Sequence record: MW057919.1
Strand: one strand, 5' to 3'
Length of the DNA stretch: 64,000 nucleotides
Shown: positions 45,984 to 54,697 of the stretch, piece by piece
Layout: each line of letters begins with the position of its first letter
How positions within the stretch are numbered: position 1 is the stretch's first letter
The notes under the pieces: generated by a model
What the model was told of the DNA's origin: nothing
Database searches by the model: none
The model's input: the letters and a program-made list of their open reading frames with translations, nothing else
Translations under genes and position numbers: made by a program

Positions 45984-46091
45984 TTTATTTCCCTATGGTT
46001 CATTTGGGATATTCAGCGAATACTACTATGCACAGACTCCTGCCTAGTGGACCGATGTAGTACGTAAATACAATACAAAGGAATTTGTCCT

Positions 46092-46499
46092 ATGAACAAC
46101 ACTGAACTGAAGCGTCAACTTGAAATGGTTATTGAACTGATGGGGGTCTTTCCTGATCCTCTCACGATCGGTATCGCCGGTAATAGAGTAACCAAAGAAA
46201 CTCGCTGTAGCCTTTTTAACGGAAAAGATCCAGGTGAAGAGTTTAGTATTGGTCTTGGTATCAGTAGTCGCAAACAATGGTTGAAGCTTGCAGATCATGC
46301 ACTGATTCTTACTAAGCCCGAGAAAGAGCCTATTGTCATCCCGTACGAGGCTATATGCGAACTATCGGCACCACTGAAATTCGAAGAGGAACTTGTGAGC
46401 AAAGGTTGGTTTGTATACAACTTGCTGGGTACATCGATGTTCATGTATCTGGACACAGGTAAAGAAGAAAAACTCAAATTTGAAAAGGTTGGTGGATAA
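46092..46499 (+). CDS. Hypothetical protein, 135 aa
   Basis: AAGGA RBS; coupled to next gene. Confidence 0.75.
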   Translation: MNNTELKRQLEMVIELMGVFPDPLTIGIAGNRVTKETRCSLFNGKDPGEEFSIGLGISSRKQWLKLADHALILTKPEKEPIVIPYEAICELSAPLKFEEELVSKGWFVYNLLGTSMFMYLDTGKEEKLKFEKVGG

Positions 46500-47332
46500 T
46501 GGATCCACGGCATCCAGTTAGCGACGAAATGCGCGCAATCATCGATACTGAACTTAATCGCATCGAGAAGAAGTATGGTGTAAAAGTCATCTATGCCTGT
46601 GAGTCCGGTAGTCGCGGATGGGGCTTTGCTTCTATCAATAGTGACTATGATGTTCGTTTCATTTATGTTAACCATCCGAGTCATTATGTTCGTGTGGATA
46701 ATGAAGCACGTGATACTATTGAAGAGATGGTGTCTAAAGAACTAGACCTAGCTGGTTGGAGTATCACTAAGACTCTTCAGCTTGCTTACAAGTCTAACCC
46801 CACTCTCTTGGAATGGCTAAACTCCCCAATCGTTTACCGTAAGGTTGATCGGGACTACAAGTTAATCCGTGATGCTGCGCTAAAGCACTTCATCCCTGAA
46901 TCGAGTTACATGCATTATATCTCGATGGCCAAACAAACCAAAATGCGTTGGTTGTCAGATGAGAAAGTCCGGATGAAGAAATACTTCTATTCTCTTCGTC
47001 CTCTGTTGGCTGCAATTTGGGTCCGTGAAAGTCTGGAACATCCACCGATGGTATTCCATGATCTACTGCCTCTTCTAACAGATCCTATCCTTTATAAACG
47101 TATCCAAGAACTGGTTAATGATAAGGTTGGGGCTACTGAACAGGATCTGATAGATCGTTGCCCTATATTAGATCAGTTCATCGATTTTCAATTGAGTCGT
47201 GAGAAACCAGACTTCGGTAAATACGAACGTCCGGACATCTATGCACTTACCGATCTAGCCTGGCATTTTGTTGACCAGTACAAGATCGACACATTCGCGA
47301 AACTACAGGGCATCGAACGAAGAAAATATTAG
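46499..47332 (+). CDS. Pol-beta superfamily nucleotidyltransferase (RlaP/YcgL-like), 277 aa
   Basis: ACESGSRGWGFASINSDYDVRFIY (GS..DxD), KSNPTLLEWLNSPIVY, KKYFYSLRPLLA. Confidence 0.85.
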   Translation: MDPRHPVSDEMRAIIDTELNRIEKKYGVKVIYACESGSRGWGFASINSDYDVRFIYVNHPSHYVRVDNEARDTIEEMVSKELDLAGWSITKTLQLAYKSNPTLLEWLNSPIVYRKVDRDYKLIRDAALKHFIPESSYMHYISMAKQTKMRWLSDEKVRMKKYFYSLRPLLAAIWVRESLEHPPMVFHDLLPLLTDPILYKRIQELVNDKVGATEQDLIDRCPILDQFIDFQLSREKPDFGKYERPDIYALTDLAWHFVDQYKIDTFAKLQGIERRKY

Positions 47333-47381
47333 TCAATAAAGAAAAAAGTTTAATACCATCTTATTAAAAGGAAAATATTTT

Positions 47382-47882
47382 ATGCTATTTAAAGATGAAC
47401 TATGCATCGAAAATATCTTAGTAAAAGAAAAACTATATCTAGTTAGAAATATTGGTAGGAATCGTGAGGTATATCCTAATCCAAAAGTAACATATAAAGA
47501 TATTAAGGAATTCGCTAAAATGTATGGTGTGATTCCAATGCAATTCTTAGGGCCGCTACTTCATGAAATCGTTGAACGAGAAGATTTCGCCTTAAAAGGA
47601 AAAGAAGCACAGAAATTCATTGATGATAATCCTTATACTTTAATTGAATATGGTAGCAGTTTTCATATTTACTACATTATTCGTAATTATATTATCCCAA
47701 CTACTACTGATCCAGATTGTAATAAATTCACTATTAATCTTTATAAGTATAAAGAATTTCTAGAAGAGGTTACTAATAGGTTAAACATGCCACCTTTTTT
47801 GGACACCAGTGAACCTTATCGTAATTTCTTACTGACAATGCAAGAAAGTCTACGTACCATCCAGGATATTGTGGAAAATTAA
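47382..47882 (+). CDS. Hypothetical protein, 166 aa
   Basis: AAGGA RBS. Confidence 0.7.
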   Translation: MLFKDELCIENILVKEKLYLVRNIGRNREVYPNPKVTYKDIKEFAKMYGVIPMQFLGPLLHEIVEREDFALKGKEAQKFIDDNPYTLIEYGSSFHIYYIIRNYIIPTTTDPDCNKFTINLYKYKEFLEEVTNRLNMPPFLDTSEPYRNFLLTMQESLRTIQDIVEN

Positions 47883-47981
47883 TGAAGTTTAGAATGTTAA
47901 AAGTTAATGTATTAAATTTACTCTACTACATACTTTACCCTACTCCATATTGGGGTAGGGGTATTAAGGTGGAGTATAAAT

Positions 47982-48275
47982 ATGTCAAGCAACAAACTAT
48001 CTGCACAACTTAATCGTCATCACAATACTCGTATAGTTAATTATTATGTTTCACTAGCCGAGAGTCGTTATAATGACACTAATCCTTCAGCAAAGGCTAA
48101 AGGTAAATGGCGTAAACATAATCCGTTTAACTGCGGTAGGTCTCGTTGTATGCTATGTGGTAATCCGCGTAAACATTGGAATAGGATTACTCTTAATGAA
48201 TTAAAAATAAATATTTCATTAAAAGAGCAACTCAATGATCTTTATGTAGATTATGCTACGCTGACTGAGGATTAA
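47982..48275 (+). CDS. Basic protein with putative Zn-binding CxxxxCxxC, 97 aa
   Basis: KHNPFNCGRSRCMLCGNPRK; GGAG RBS. Confidence 0.75.
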   Translation: MSSNKLSAQLNRHHNTRIVNYYVSLAESRYNDTNPSAKAKGKWRKHNPFNCGRSRCMLCGNPRKHWNRITLNELKINISLKEQLNDLYVDYATLTED

Positions 48276-48346
48276 ATTATGCATGAAGAATATGAAGCAA
48301 TTTAATAGTTTAAATTAACCATTCGAAATAAATTTGGAATTAGCAA

Positions 48347-48469
48347 ATGAAAGTTAAAAATAAGCAACAGCCTAAGTTTGTCAATCTAGCTACTATGCAA
48401 GCTGCTTGGCGGCTTAATAATGCAGAACTCAAAGCTAAACGTGAAGCTAAAGAAAAGCAAAAAGAATAA
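48347..48469 (+). CDS. Small basic protein, 40 aa (not in track)
   Basis: MKVKNKQQPKFVNLATMQAAWRLNNAELKAKREAKEKQKE; GGA RBS; followed by terminator. Confidence 0.5.
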   Translation: MKVKNKQQPKFVNLATMQAAWRLNNAELKAKREAKEKQKE

Positions 48470-48486
48470 AACTATTTAGTTGCATA

Positions 48487-48513
48487 AAGAGAGAGGATAA
48501 ATTCCTCTCTCTT
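48487..48513 (+). terminator. Terminator
   Basis: AAGAGAGAGGA-taaat-TCCTCTCTCTT + TTT. Confidence 0.75.
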
Positions 48514-48516
48514 TTT

Positions 48517-48699
48517 ATGTTGTTTTATAATTTGTGTACTACAGGTATATTTCAATATGGAATCTTATTTACACGTGCCAATGTTAAATATGGAACTATT
48601 CAATTAAGTATTAAAGATAATTATGAACTAGATAGAAATATCCTAACCGATATGTTTATTCTTTATTCTCGAATCACTGAACCTAAAGAGGATTTTTAA
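48517..48699 (+). CDS. Possible hypothetical protein, 60 aa
   Basis: Abuts next gene, but start lies in the terminator U-tract without RBS. Confidence 0.35.
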   Translation: MLFYNLCTTGIFQYGILFTRANVKYGTIQLSIKDNYELDRNILTDMFILYSRITEPKEDF

Positions 48700-48700
48700 G

Positions 48701-49183
48701 ATGATTGAGTTTCTAAACAAAGATAACTTCTTTTCATGGGGTGCTGTGGTAGGTGGTGCACTATTACAGTATTTTGAAAATGGTAAACTTGAAGGTGGTT
48801 ATGATATATTTAAATTCGGTGGTGATGCTGATGGCCTGATTATTACAGGTGGTATAACGCATCGGAAAAATATCGGGATCCTGTGTGGTCAAGGTGATGA
48901 TGAAGATCTATTTTTAGTATTTGTCATAAGTAATACCAATAGTCCATATGTCGTATGGTATTATGATATTTATAAAGATAATGAAGGTATTAGTTTTACA
49001 AATGCTTCACCTACCAGTGGTCGTATTTTTAAATCAGATACCGATGAAAATAATGACCTGTCAATAAGTCAATTACTTAAAGTAGTTAAACACTTAGTAG
49101 ATGAACGAGTTCGTTTAAATAAAAATATAGTTAATTCACCAGGTTATGAAATCATTGAAGAAGATAAAGACTTTCAACTATAA
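48701..49183 (+). CDS. Hypothetical protein, 160 aa
   Basis: GAGG RBS. Confidence 0.75.
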   Translation: MIEFLNKDNFFSWGAVVGGALLQYFENGKLEGGYDIFKFGGDADGLIITGGITHRKNIGILCGQGDDEDLFLVFVISNTNSPYVVWYYDIYKDNEGISFTNASPTSGRIFKSDTDENNDLSISQLLKVVKHLVDERVRLNKNIVNSPGYEIIEEDKDFQL

Positions 49184-49210
49184 TAAGTCTTTTACAAAGT
49201 TACCATAAAT

Positions 49211-49277
49211 ACCTCCCTTCGGGGAGGTTTTATATTGTGTTTTTTTTGTATTCAAACATATTTAAACAGTATATTAC
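49211..49277 (+). promoter_or_regulatory. Terminator + early promoter cassette
   Basis: ACCTCCC-ttcg-GGGAGGT; TTTGTATTCAAACATATTTAAACAG-TATATTAC (core 49270-49277). Confidence 0.85.
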
Positions 49278-49313
49278 ACATATGAATTCAATCTTGAAAA
49301 AAGGAGATATGTC

Positions 49314-49643
49314 ATGAATATGTCATCTATTTCCACTGGTGTTCTGGTGCTTGGTGGTATTGCATTTGGTTACCATCTCTTTGATGGGGTGCGCTCCATT
49401 TACAAAGAATGGTCTATGGAATACATTTACAAAAAGCAAATGGCTAAGGTAAAGGAGCAGCTTACCGAATATGAAAATAAGTATGTTGAGATTCCATCAA
49501 TAGCTGAAATAAATATCTATATCGAACCAGTTCTAACTGAAGCTTTAAATAAACTTGATCGGTATAGCTACAGCTGCTTCTTACATGATGTCGAACAGTA
49601 CATCGAGTTTATTATTGATAATTATCGTGTAGTTAATCGATAA
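49314..49643 (+). CDS. Early membrane-anchored protein, 109 aa (position fits phiKZ gp241 by gene count; unverified)
   Basis: AGGAG RBS; N-terminal TM segment STGVLVLGGIAFGYHLF; sole gene between two cassettes. Confidence 0.75.
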   Translation: MNMSSISTGVLVLGGIAFGYHLFDGVRSIYKEWSMEYIYKKQMAKVKEQLTEYENKYVEIPSIAEINIYIEPVLTEALNKLDRYSYSCFLHDVEQYIEFIIDNYRVVNR

Positions 49644-49655
49644 TAAGAGCATATG

Positions 49656-49709
49656 GCCCTCCCTTCGGGGAGGGCTATTGCACTAAATTTTATTTGAGAT
49701 ATATATTAC
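49656..49709 (+). repeat. 45-bp terminator + promoter repeat, copy 2, with intact TATATTAC (49702-49709)
   Basis: 49656-49700 identical to 34491-34535. Confidence 0.9.
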
Positions 49710-49754
49710 ATGTGTGTATTACAAAATCAAATTAATGTGTCGAGGTTTTAATAG

Positions 49755-50192
49755 ATGGACGTAGTTACTAACATTTGGGAGGACGTTCTTACGAACGTGC
49801 ATCACAAACTAAAGGTAATGGCCACTACTGCTGGCGATGTCATTCATACAGTGGAACCCAAATTAAATGAAATGATTAAATCGAATATTAATCAACTACA
49901 GACAGAAAGGTATAGTCTTAGTTTAAACAAAACTAAAGACAATAAATACTACGCAAAATACCATGATAATCATCATGGCTGGGATGTTTATTTATTTGTT
50001 GAACAAACTAGGTATGGGGCTATTGTTGGTAGTGGGTTACGCCATCGTGCTAAAGAAGCTTGGGGGCTTAATAAATTCAGAGAATATAATCTTATCAAAG
50101 TAAGGTGTACTCGACAAAATAGTGTTGTTGATAGTATTGTCTTCTTCGATGATCCATCTGAATATTTTCTTAGAGCTGTAAATAAATTTTAA
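49755..50192 (+). CDS. Hypothetical early protein, 145 aa
   Basis: GAGG RBS. Confidence 0.75.
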   Translation: MDVVTNIWEDVLTNVHHKLKVMATTAGDVIHTVEPKLNEMIKSNINQLQTERYSLSLNKTKDNKYYAKYHDNHHGWDVYLFVEQTRYGAIVGSGLRHRAKEAWGLNKFREYNLIKVRCTRQNSVVDSIVFFDDPSEYFLRAVNKF

Positions 50193-50212
50193 ATTAACTA
50201 AAAGGTAAAAAA

Positions 50213-51112
50213 ATGAATAATCTACAAGTTAATACCACTATTAAAGAATTACATAAACTTTTAATCTGTAATATTATTGATGGTAAACTAATTGAATATA
50301 ATGATATTGTGAAAGAACTGAAAATTACTAATGATGAATTAGATAATCTACTAATAGCTATTTCAAAGCTATCTGATACACCAATTAATAATATCTTTAA
50401 ATCACTTTCACTAGCAATTGATCTACGTACAATTACATCCGTCATTGAAAAACTTAGTAATTCTACGAAACTATCTAAAAAAGAAATCCAGCTAGATCTG
50501 TTAACTAGGTTAGGAATAAAAGATAATTATTTTTCGAATAGTTTTACCAACGTGTATCATGAACTAAGTGATATTATCAAAAAGCTTGAACATAGTGATA
50601 AACTATATCAAACAGATTATCAAAACTTTATTATTGATAAAGTAACTAGTCATTTTAAAGATGTATTGTATTCGGCTGGTTATGCAATCAGTGATATTTA
50701 TAAGTACACTGATTCTAAAGTAGTTAATGTAGATAAAAATGGACTATTGATAGGTATGAGCATTACCAATTATGACTTCCATAATAAGGATGAACCAATT
50801 AGGACTATTGGTTTTTCATTAATTGATAAAACCGAGCGTTGTGTTGGAAAATCTGAAACTATTAAAAAGTTTGATGTTGAAGATTTTCTTAATACAATGG
50901 ATACTATCAATATTAATCATAATGATATTATGTTTTTCTCAAAGCAGTATCGAGAAAAAGACTTAGCCATTCATAATGCGATCATGAATGAATTTAAGGT
51001 GAACAAGATTTCAAATGATACACGTGATAATATAATATCTTATCATATTGCCATGATGGGACATAACTGTATTATCTCATTTAATCACAGTGGGCTCCTA
51101 TTAAAAATTTAA
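50213..51112 (+). CDS. Hypothetical protein, 299 aa
   Basis: AAGG RBS; very AT-rich. Confidence 0.75.
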
Positions 51113-51169
51113 TAGAATATCAATTAAAAATTATCTTATGTAGTTTATCTAATTAAGGAAACAAAAAGA

Positions 51170-51526
51170 ATGCCAACTTATATTGAATTAATCAATATTG
51201 TCAATGATGATACTCCTGTAGATGATGCAGTTATTAGTGATCTGATGAGTCAAATGAATGATAAACAAACTGTTCTTGACAGTTGTCGTATCAATCATAA
51301 AGGCTATGCTTATTTTAAGTTCCATGTTAAGGGATCAATTAGTAAGGATAAACTTAAGGCTCTAAATGAAACTTTAAAAGATTCTAATCTTGTTGTGACT
51401 GATGCTAGTACACAACGTGGTTTCATGCCACCTAATAAGTTTGATGATATCACTTATACTGAAGAGAGTGTTGGTTATAGGGCAATGGTCTGGACAAGCT
51501 TCACTATTGAAAAGCTACTTGTATAA
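51170..51526 (+). CDS. Hypothetical protein, 118 aa (possibly late/virion; TATG upstream)
   Basis: AAGGA RBS; TATG at 51137; own terminator. Confidence 0.75.
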   Translation: MPTYIELINIVNDDTPVDDAVISDLMSQMNDKQTVLDSCRINHKGYAYFKFHVKGSISKDKLKALNETLKDSNLVVTDASTQRGFMPPNKFDDITYTEESVGYRAMVWTSFTIEKLLV

Positions 51527-51527
51527 T

Positions 51528-51547
51528 AAGAGCCCTTCGGGGCTCTT
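51528..51547 (+). terminator. Terminator
   Basis: AAGAGCCC-ttcg-GGGCTCTT + TCTATTT. Confidence 0.8.
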
Positions 51548-51576
51548 TCTATTTCGCAATTAGGTATCTGTATTAA

Positions 51577-52011
51577 ATGGATAAGTATCCTATTCTACAA
51601 GCTATGTCTAAAGAAGAGGCATTTAGACTTTTAGACATACAAGGTGAGTTTAGAAAAACTCAAATGAAAGAAAGGTATTGGAATGAGGAAACTGGTCTAT
51701 GGTGGTGGGAACAACATCCCGATGTGAAATTAAGGATAGTTGCCGCCTGCAATAGATGGAAGGATGTTTATTTCATTGCAGCGAGGCATTCATCAATCAT
51801 AATGACTCAACAACAGCTAATGTATGGTGGTCTTAAGGTATTGCATGAATATGCAGGAGATGATCATGAACAAGGTTTTATTGATCAGTATGAAAACTTC
51901 CACTCTAGGGAAGAAGCAGTAATTATCGCTAAGAATAATAATCAGTTATATCGAGCTGAATTAGAAAATAGATTAGTAACTAAATATTTATTTAGTGAAG
52001 ACCTATATTAG
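51577..52011 (+). CDS. Conserved phage hypothetical protein, 144 aa
   Basis: QGFIDQ...F.SREEA..IA...Q...LFSEDLY pattern recalled from many phages. Confidence 0.75.
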   Translation: MDKYPILQAMSKEEAFRLLDIQGEFRKTQMKERYWNEETGLWWWEQHPDVKLRIVAACNRWKDVYFIAARHSSIIMTQQQLMYGGLKVLHEYAGDDHEQGFIDQYENFHSREEAVIIAKNNNQLYRAELENRLVTKYLFSEDLY

Positions 52012-52041
52012 GTTTCCAATAATTTAAATAGGAATATAGCT

Positions 52042-52698
52042 ATGCTAATGAATGAAATTATCGATATTCTAGAAGGAGGGAAAGAGAATATTCTCTTAAC
52101 TAACCATCTAGGTAATGGCAAATATTCCAATGCGGGTAATGCAATGGCTGCATCATATGCCATTGCGGCACATACTGCTGTTGGTCAATTGCGAGATGGT
52201 TCAGGAAAACCTTACTGGCATCATTTATTACAAGTAGCTGAGATGGCGCAATTATTCGACCTATCTCACGCTGCTTATAAAGCAGCATGGTTACATGATG
52301 TAATTGAGGATACTGCTGTAACTGCTTCTGATCTAACTAAACTATTCTCAATCCCTGTTGTTAATTTAGTAACTGAACTAACAAATGTAACTTACGAAGG
52401 TAATCGTAAAACTAGGATTAGTTTACAACATGAAAGACTTTCTCGCATTTCATGGAGTGGTCAATCTCTTAAGTTACTAGATTCCATTTCAAACATGTGG
52501 TCGATTGTTAATGATAAGCCTGATTTTGCTGAACTGTATCTGACTGAGAAAGCTCAACTAATCAGTAAGTTAAATAATTGTCACCCCGCTATTAAAGATC
52601 TGGCTATATCTGTTCTCTATGGCAGGTGTACTATGGTTGGTGGGGATGCACTAAAAGAATATAATAAACTATTTTCTGATAATGAAATTGTATGTTAA
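52042..52698 (+). CDS. HD-domain hydrolase, RelA/SpoT hydrolase (small alarmone hydrolase/Mesh1-like), 218 aa
   Basis: AHTAVGQLRDGSGKPYWHH..VA, AAWLHDVIEDT, LKLLDSISN. Confidence 0.85.
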   Translation: MLMNEIIDILEGGKENILLTNHLGNGKYSNAGNAMAASYAIAAHTAVGQLRDGSGKPYWHHLLQVAEMAQLFDLSHAAYKAAWLHDVIEDTAVTASDLTKLFSIPVVNLVTELTNVTYEGNRKTRISLQHERLSRISWSGQSLKLLDSISNMWSIVNDKPDFAELYLTEKAQLISKLNNCHPAIKDLAISVLYGRCTMVGGDALKEYNKLFSDNEIVC

Positions 52699-52716
52699 AA
52701 TAATTACTTAATATAC

Positions 52717-52783
52717 ACCCTCCCTTCGGGGAGGGTTTTATTTATCTTTTTTTGTATTTAAACTATTTAAAAAGCTATATTAC
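52717..52783 (+). promoter_or_regulatory. Terminator + early promoter cassette
   Basis: ACCCTCCC-ttcg-GGGAGGGT; TTTGTATTTAAACTATTTAAAAAGC-TATATTAC (core 52776-52783). Confidence 0.85.
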
Positions 52784-52816
52784 AAATATGAATTTAATAA
52801 CCAAGAGGGCAATACA

Positions 52817-53080
52817 ATGACTGAACGTTTGAAATCCGTATGGTGCGCTTGCAGCTTACTGCGTGAACGCTGGAGACACATCCAAGACATTGCTGTCGGG
52901 GATGAACATCATGTCATAGTAAAAAACGATATGCTGATGGTGTTTCGTGGTCAAGTACCGGTAGGTAGCATGTACCGGGGTGACAGTGACCCACTCATCT
53001 ACGAGGGTGGTGCACTGGAAGAATTTACTAAAGTTGTATTGGATTTAGAATTCAATACTCGTGGTGAAACCAATAGTTAA
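52817..53080 (+). CDS. Hypothetical early protein, 87 aa
   Basis: GAGG RBS. Confidence 0.75.
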   Translation: MTERLKSVWCACSLLRERWRHIQDIAVGDEHHVIVKNDMLMVFRGQVPVGSMYRGDSDPLIYEGGALEEFTKVVLDLEFNTRGETNS

Positions 53081-53106
53081 TAAAATTAATTTTGAGGTAA
53101 TTCATT

Positions 53107-53514
53107 ATGAAATATGTAATTGTATTTATGTTGTCTATTGTAACTATCACTGCTAACTCGGCTGTCATGTACACTAATCGTGATTCATGCATCGAGTTTG
53201 TAAAACAGGCAGATGAATTGTTTGTAAAAGGTGCATCTGTAACTGAAGTGCAAATGAAGACTTATGAAAGGATTCATTATATCCTTAATAACACTAAAGA
53301 TCTAAAGACCAACCAGTCTAAAGTTGAAGAACTCACTGGTCTATTTTACCTATGGTCTAAGGTAGATAAAATGGCAATTGAGGCAAGTTTGCCACGTGCA
53401 ACAAATGCTGCTAAAGTCTATAAGACCACTCCTGAGAAATTCATCATTGATGGTTATTTCCAGCGTTGTGTAGCGGCAGGTGCGTTTGAAGCAAAACCAC
53501 TTACTCTAAAATAA
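53107..53514 (+). CDS. Exported two-Cys helical protein, 135 aa
   Basis: Signal peptide (..TANS/A); C28 and C121. Confidence 0.75.
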   Translation: MKYVIVFMLSIVTITANSAVMYTNRDSCIEFVKQADELFVKGASVTEVQMKTYERIHYILNNTKDLKTNQSKVEELTGLFYLWSKVDKMAIEASLPRATNAAKVYKTTPEKFIIDGYFQRCVAAGAFEAKPLTLK

Positions 53515-53526
53515 TGGAGGTACAAC

Positions 53527-53886
53527 ATGCTTAAGAATTGGCTATTATTCCTTTTCCTGCCAATCCTGTCCATTGCATGTCAGCCTGCCCACGCTGTAGA
53601 AGTGGGTATTACTAAGAAATCATGTAATGTGGCAGTAAATCTTTCACAAAAAGCAACTGAGCTTTATGATAAGAACCTATCCCAATTTGAGATAATGATG
53701 CAGTTAGACATGATCTCTCGTAAGGATATGGATGACTTAGAGTTCTATGCAGGTACCGTATATGCTAAATTAAACTTAGTTGATATTCGCGTAAATAAAC
53801 GAAAAGGATTTACCAATGGAGCTATTCTAGATAGGCTAGCTGAAAACTGTGTTGAAGCAATTGGTACTAAATTTAACTTGGAGTAG
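53527..53886 (+). CDS. Exported two-Cys helical protein, 119 aa
   Basis: Signal peptide ending AHA; mature C33 and C108. Confidence 0.75.
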   Translation: MLKNWLLFLFLPILSIACQPAHAVEVGITKKSCNVAVNLSQKATELYDKNLSQFEIMMQLDMISRKDMDDLEFYAGTVYAKLNLVDIRVNKRKGFTNGAILDRLAENCVEAIGTKFNLE

Positions 53887-53889
53887 AAT

Positions 53890-54684
53890 ATGGTTAGTAT
53901 TTATATTGTCATTATACTCATGGCTATGCTAGCTGCATTGACATGTGGTAATTTGGTAGATAGCTGGGTAAGGCCAGCTATTCTAAAGTGGTTAAATGAT
54001 GATGTCGCTATTCATTTCACCAATGCTACCTGGATGGTTGGGGGGATCCCTAATAGTGTTCCAATGCAACTAGGTAAAGCTGTTTGGTTACCCAAATACG
54101 TGGGTGACGGAATACGTCTTTATATCACGGCTGATGAAATAAAATTTGGATGGAATGGTAAAGAAAAAGATGCTTTAGCACGAGCCATTGTTGAAGTTAT
54201 CTTTATTGGTAAAAATCCAAATAGTAAACTTCTTGAAGTAAGTATTAAACCTATTTGGTTACACCCTTCTATCCAAAAAGAAAGTTTCTATTTAATGTTT
54301 GATTGGGAAAAGCTTTATACAAAAAATGAAGAGATGCGTATTTGTTGGAAGACAATACGTCACACTTTTTTCTATGGATTCCTAGGTTTGCTATTTGGCG
54401 GTAGTGCCAATGCAGATAACCTTGTATTAACTGAACGTGGATGTGACCAATATGAAGCAATGGTGAGAACTATTGCATCTAAAGCTTATATTGGATTAGA
54501 TCCAGTTATGGGTAGGGAATTCATTATTAATGATCCTGATATGTTAAATGCCCGTGAGAAAGCACAACGTAATACCCGTATCATTATCGATATGGTGGAA
54601 ACTGGACAAGAACCCAAAGACATTGCATTATGGATGAATACTCAATGTAAACAAGAAGCAGTGTCAAATTTAATCAAACAGTGA
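53890..54684 (+). CDS. Membrane protein fused in frame to an exported two-Cys helical domain (internal ATG 54334), 264 aa
   Basis: N-terminal TM helix; internal signal-like segment ending ANA, then two Cys. Confidence 0.7.
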   Translation: MVSIYIVIILMAMLAALTCGNLVDSWVRPAILKWLNDDVAIHFTNATWMVGGIPNSVPMQLGKAVWLPKYVGDGIRLYITADEIKFGWNGKEKDALARAIVEVIFIGKNPNSKLLEVSIKPIWLHPSIQKESFYLMFDWEKLYTKNEEMRICWKTIRHTFFYGFLGLLFGGSANADNLVLTERGCDQYEAMVRTIASKAYIGLDPVMGREFIINDPDMLNAREKAQRNTRIIIDMVETGQEPKDIALWMNTQCKQEAVSNLIKQ

Positions 54685-54697
54685 AAAAGGCATAGAT

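Noticed and set aside
53560-53582. Lipoprotein lipobox in the 119-aa exported protein (SIAC)
   Set aside because: The -3 residue is Ser rather than L/V/I and a good AHA signal peptidase I site follows, so it is treated as Sec/SPI.
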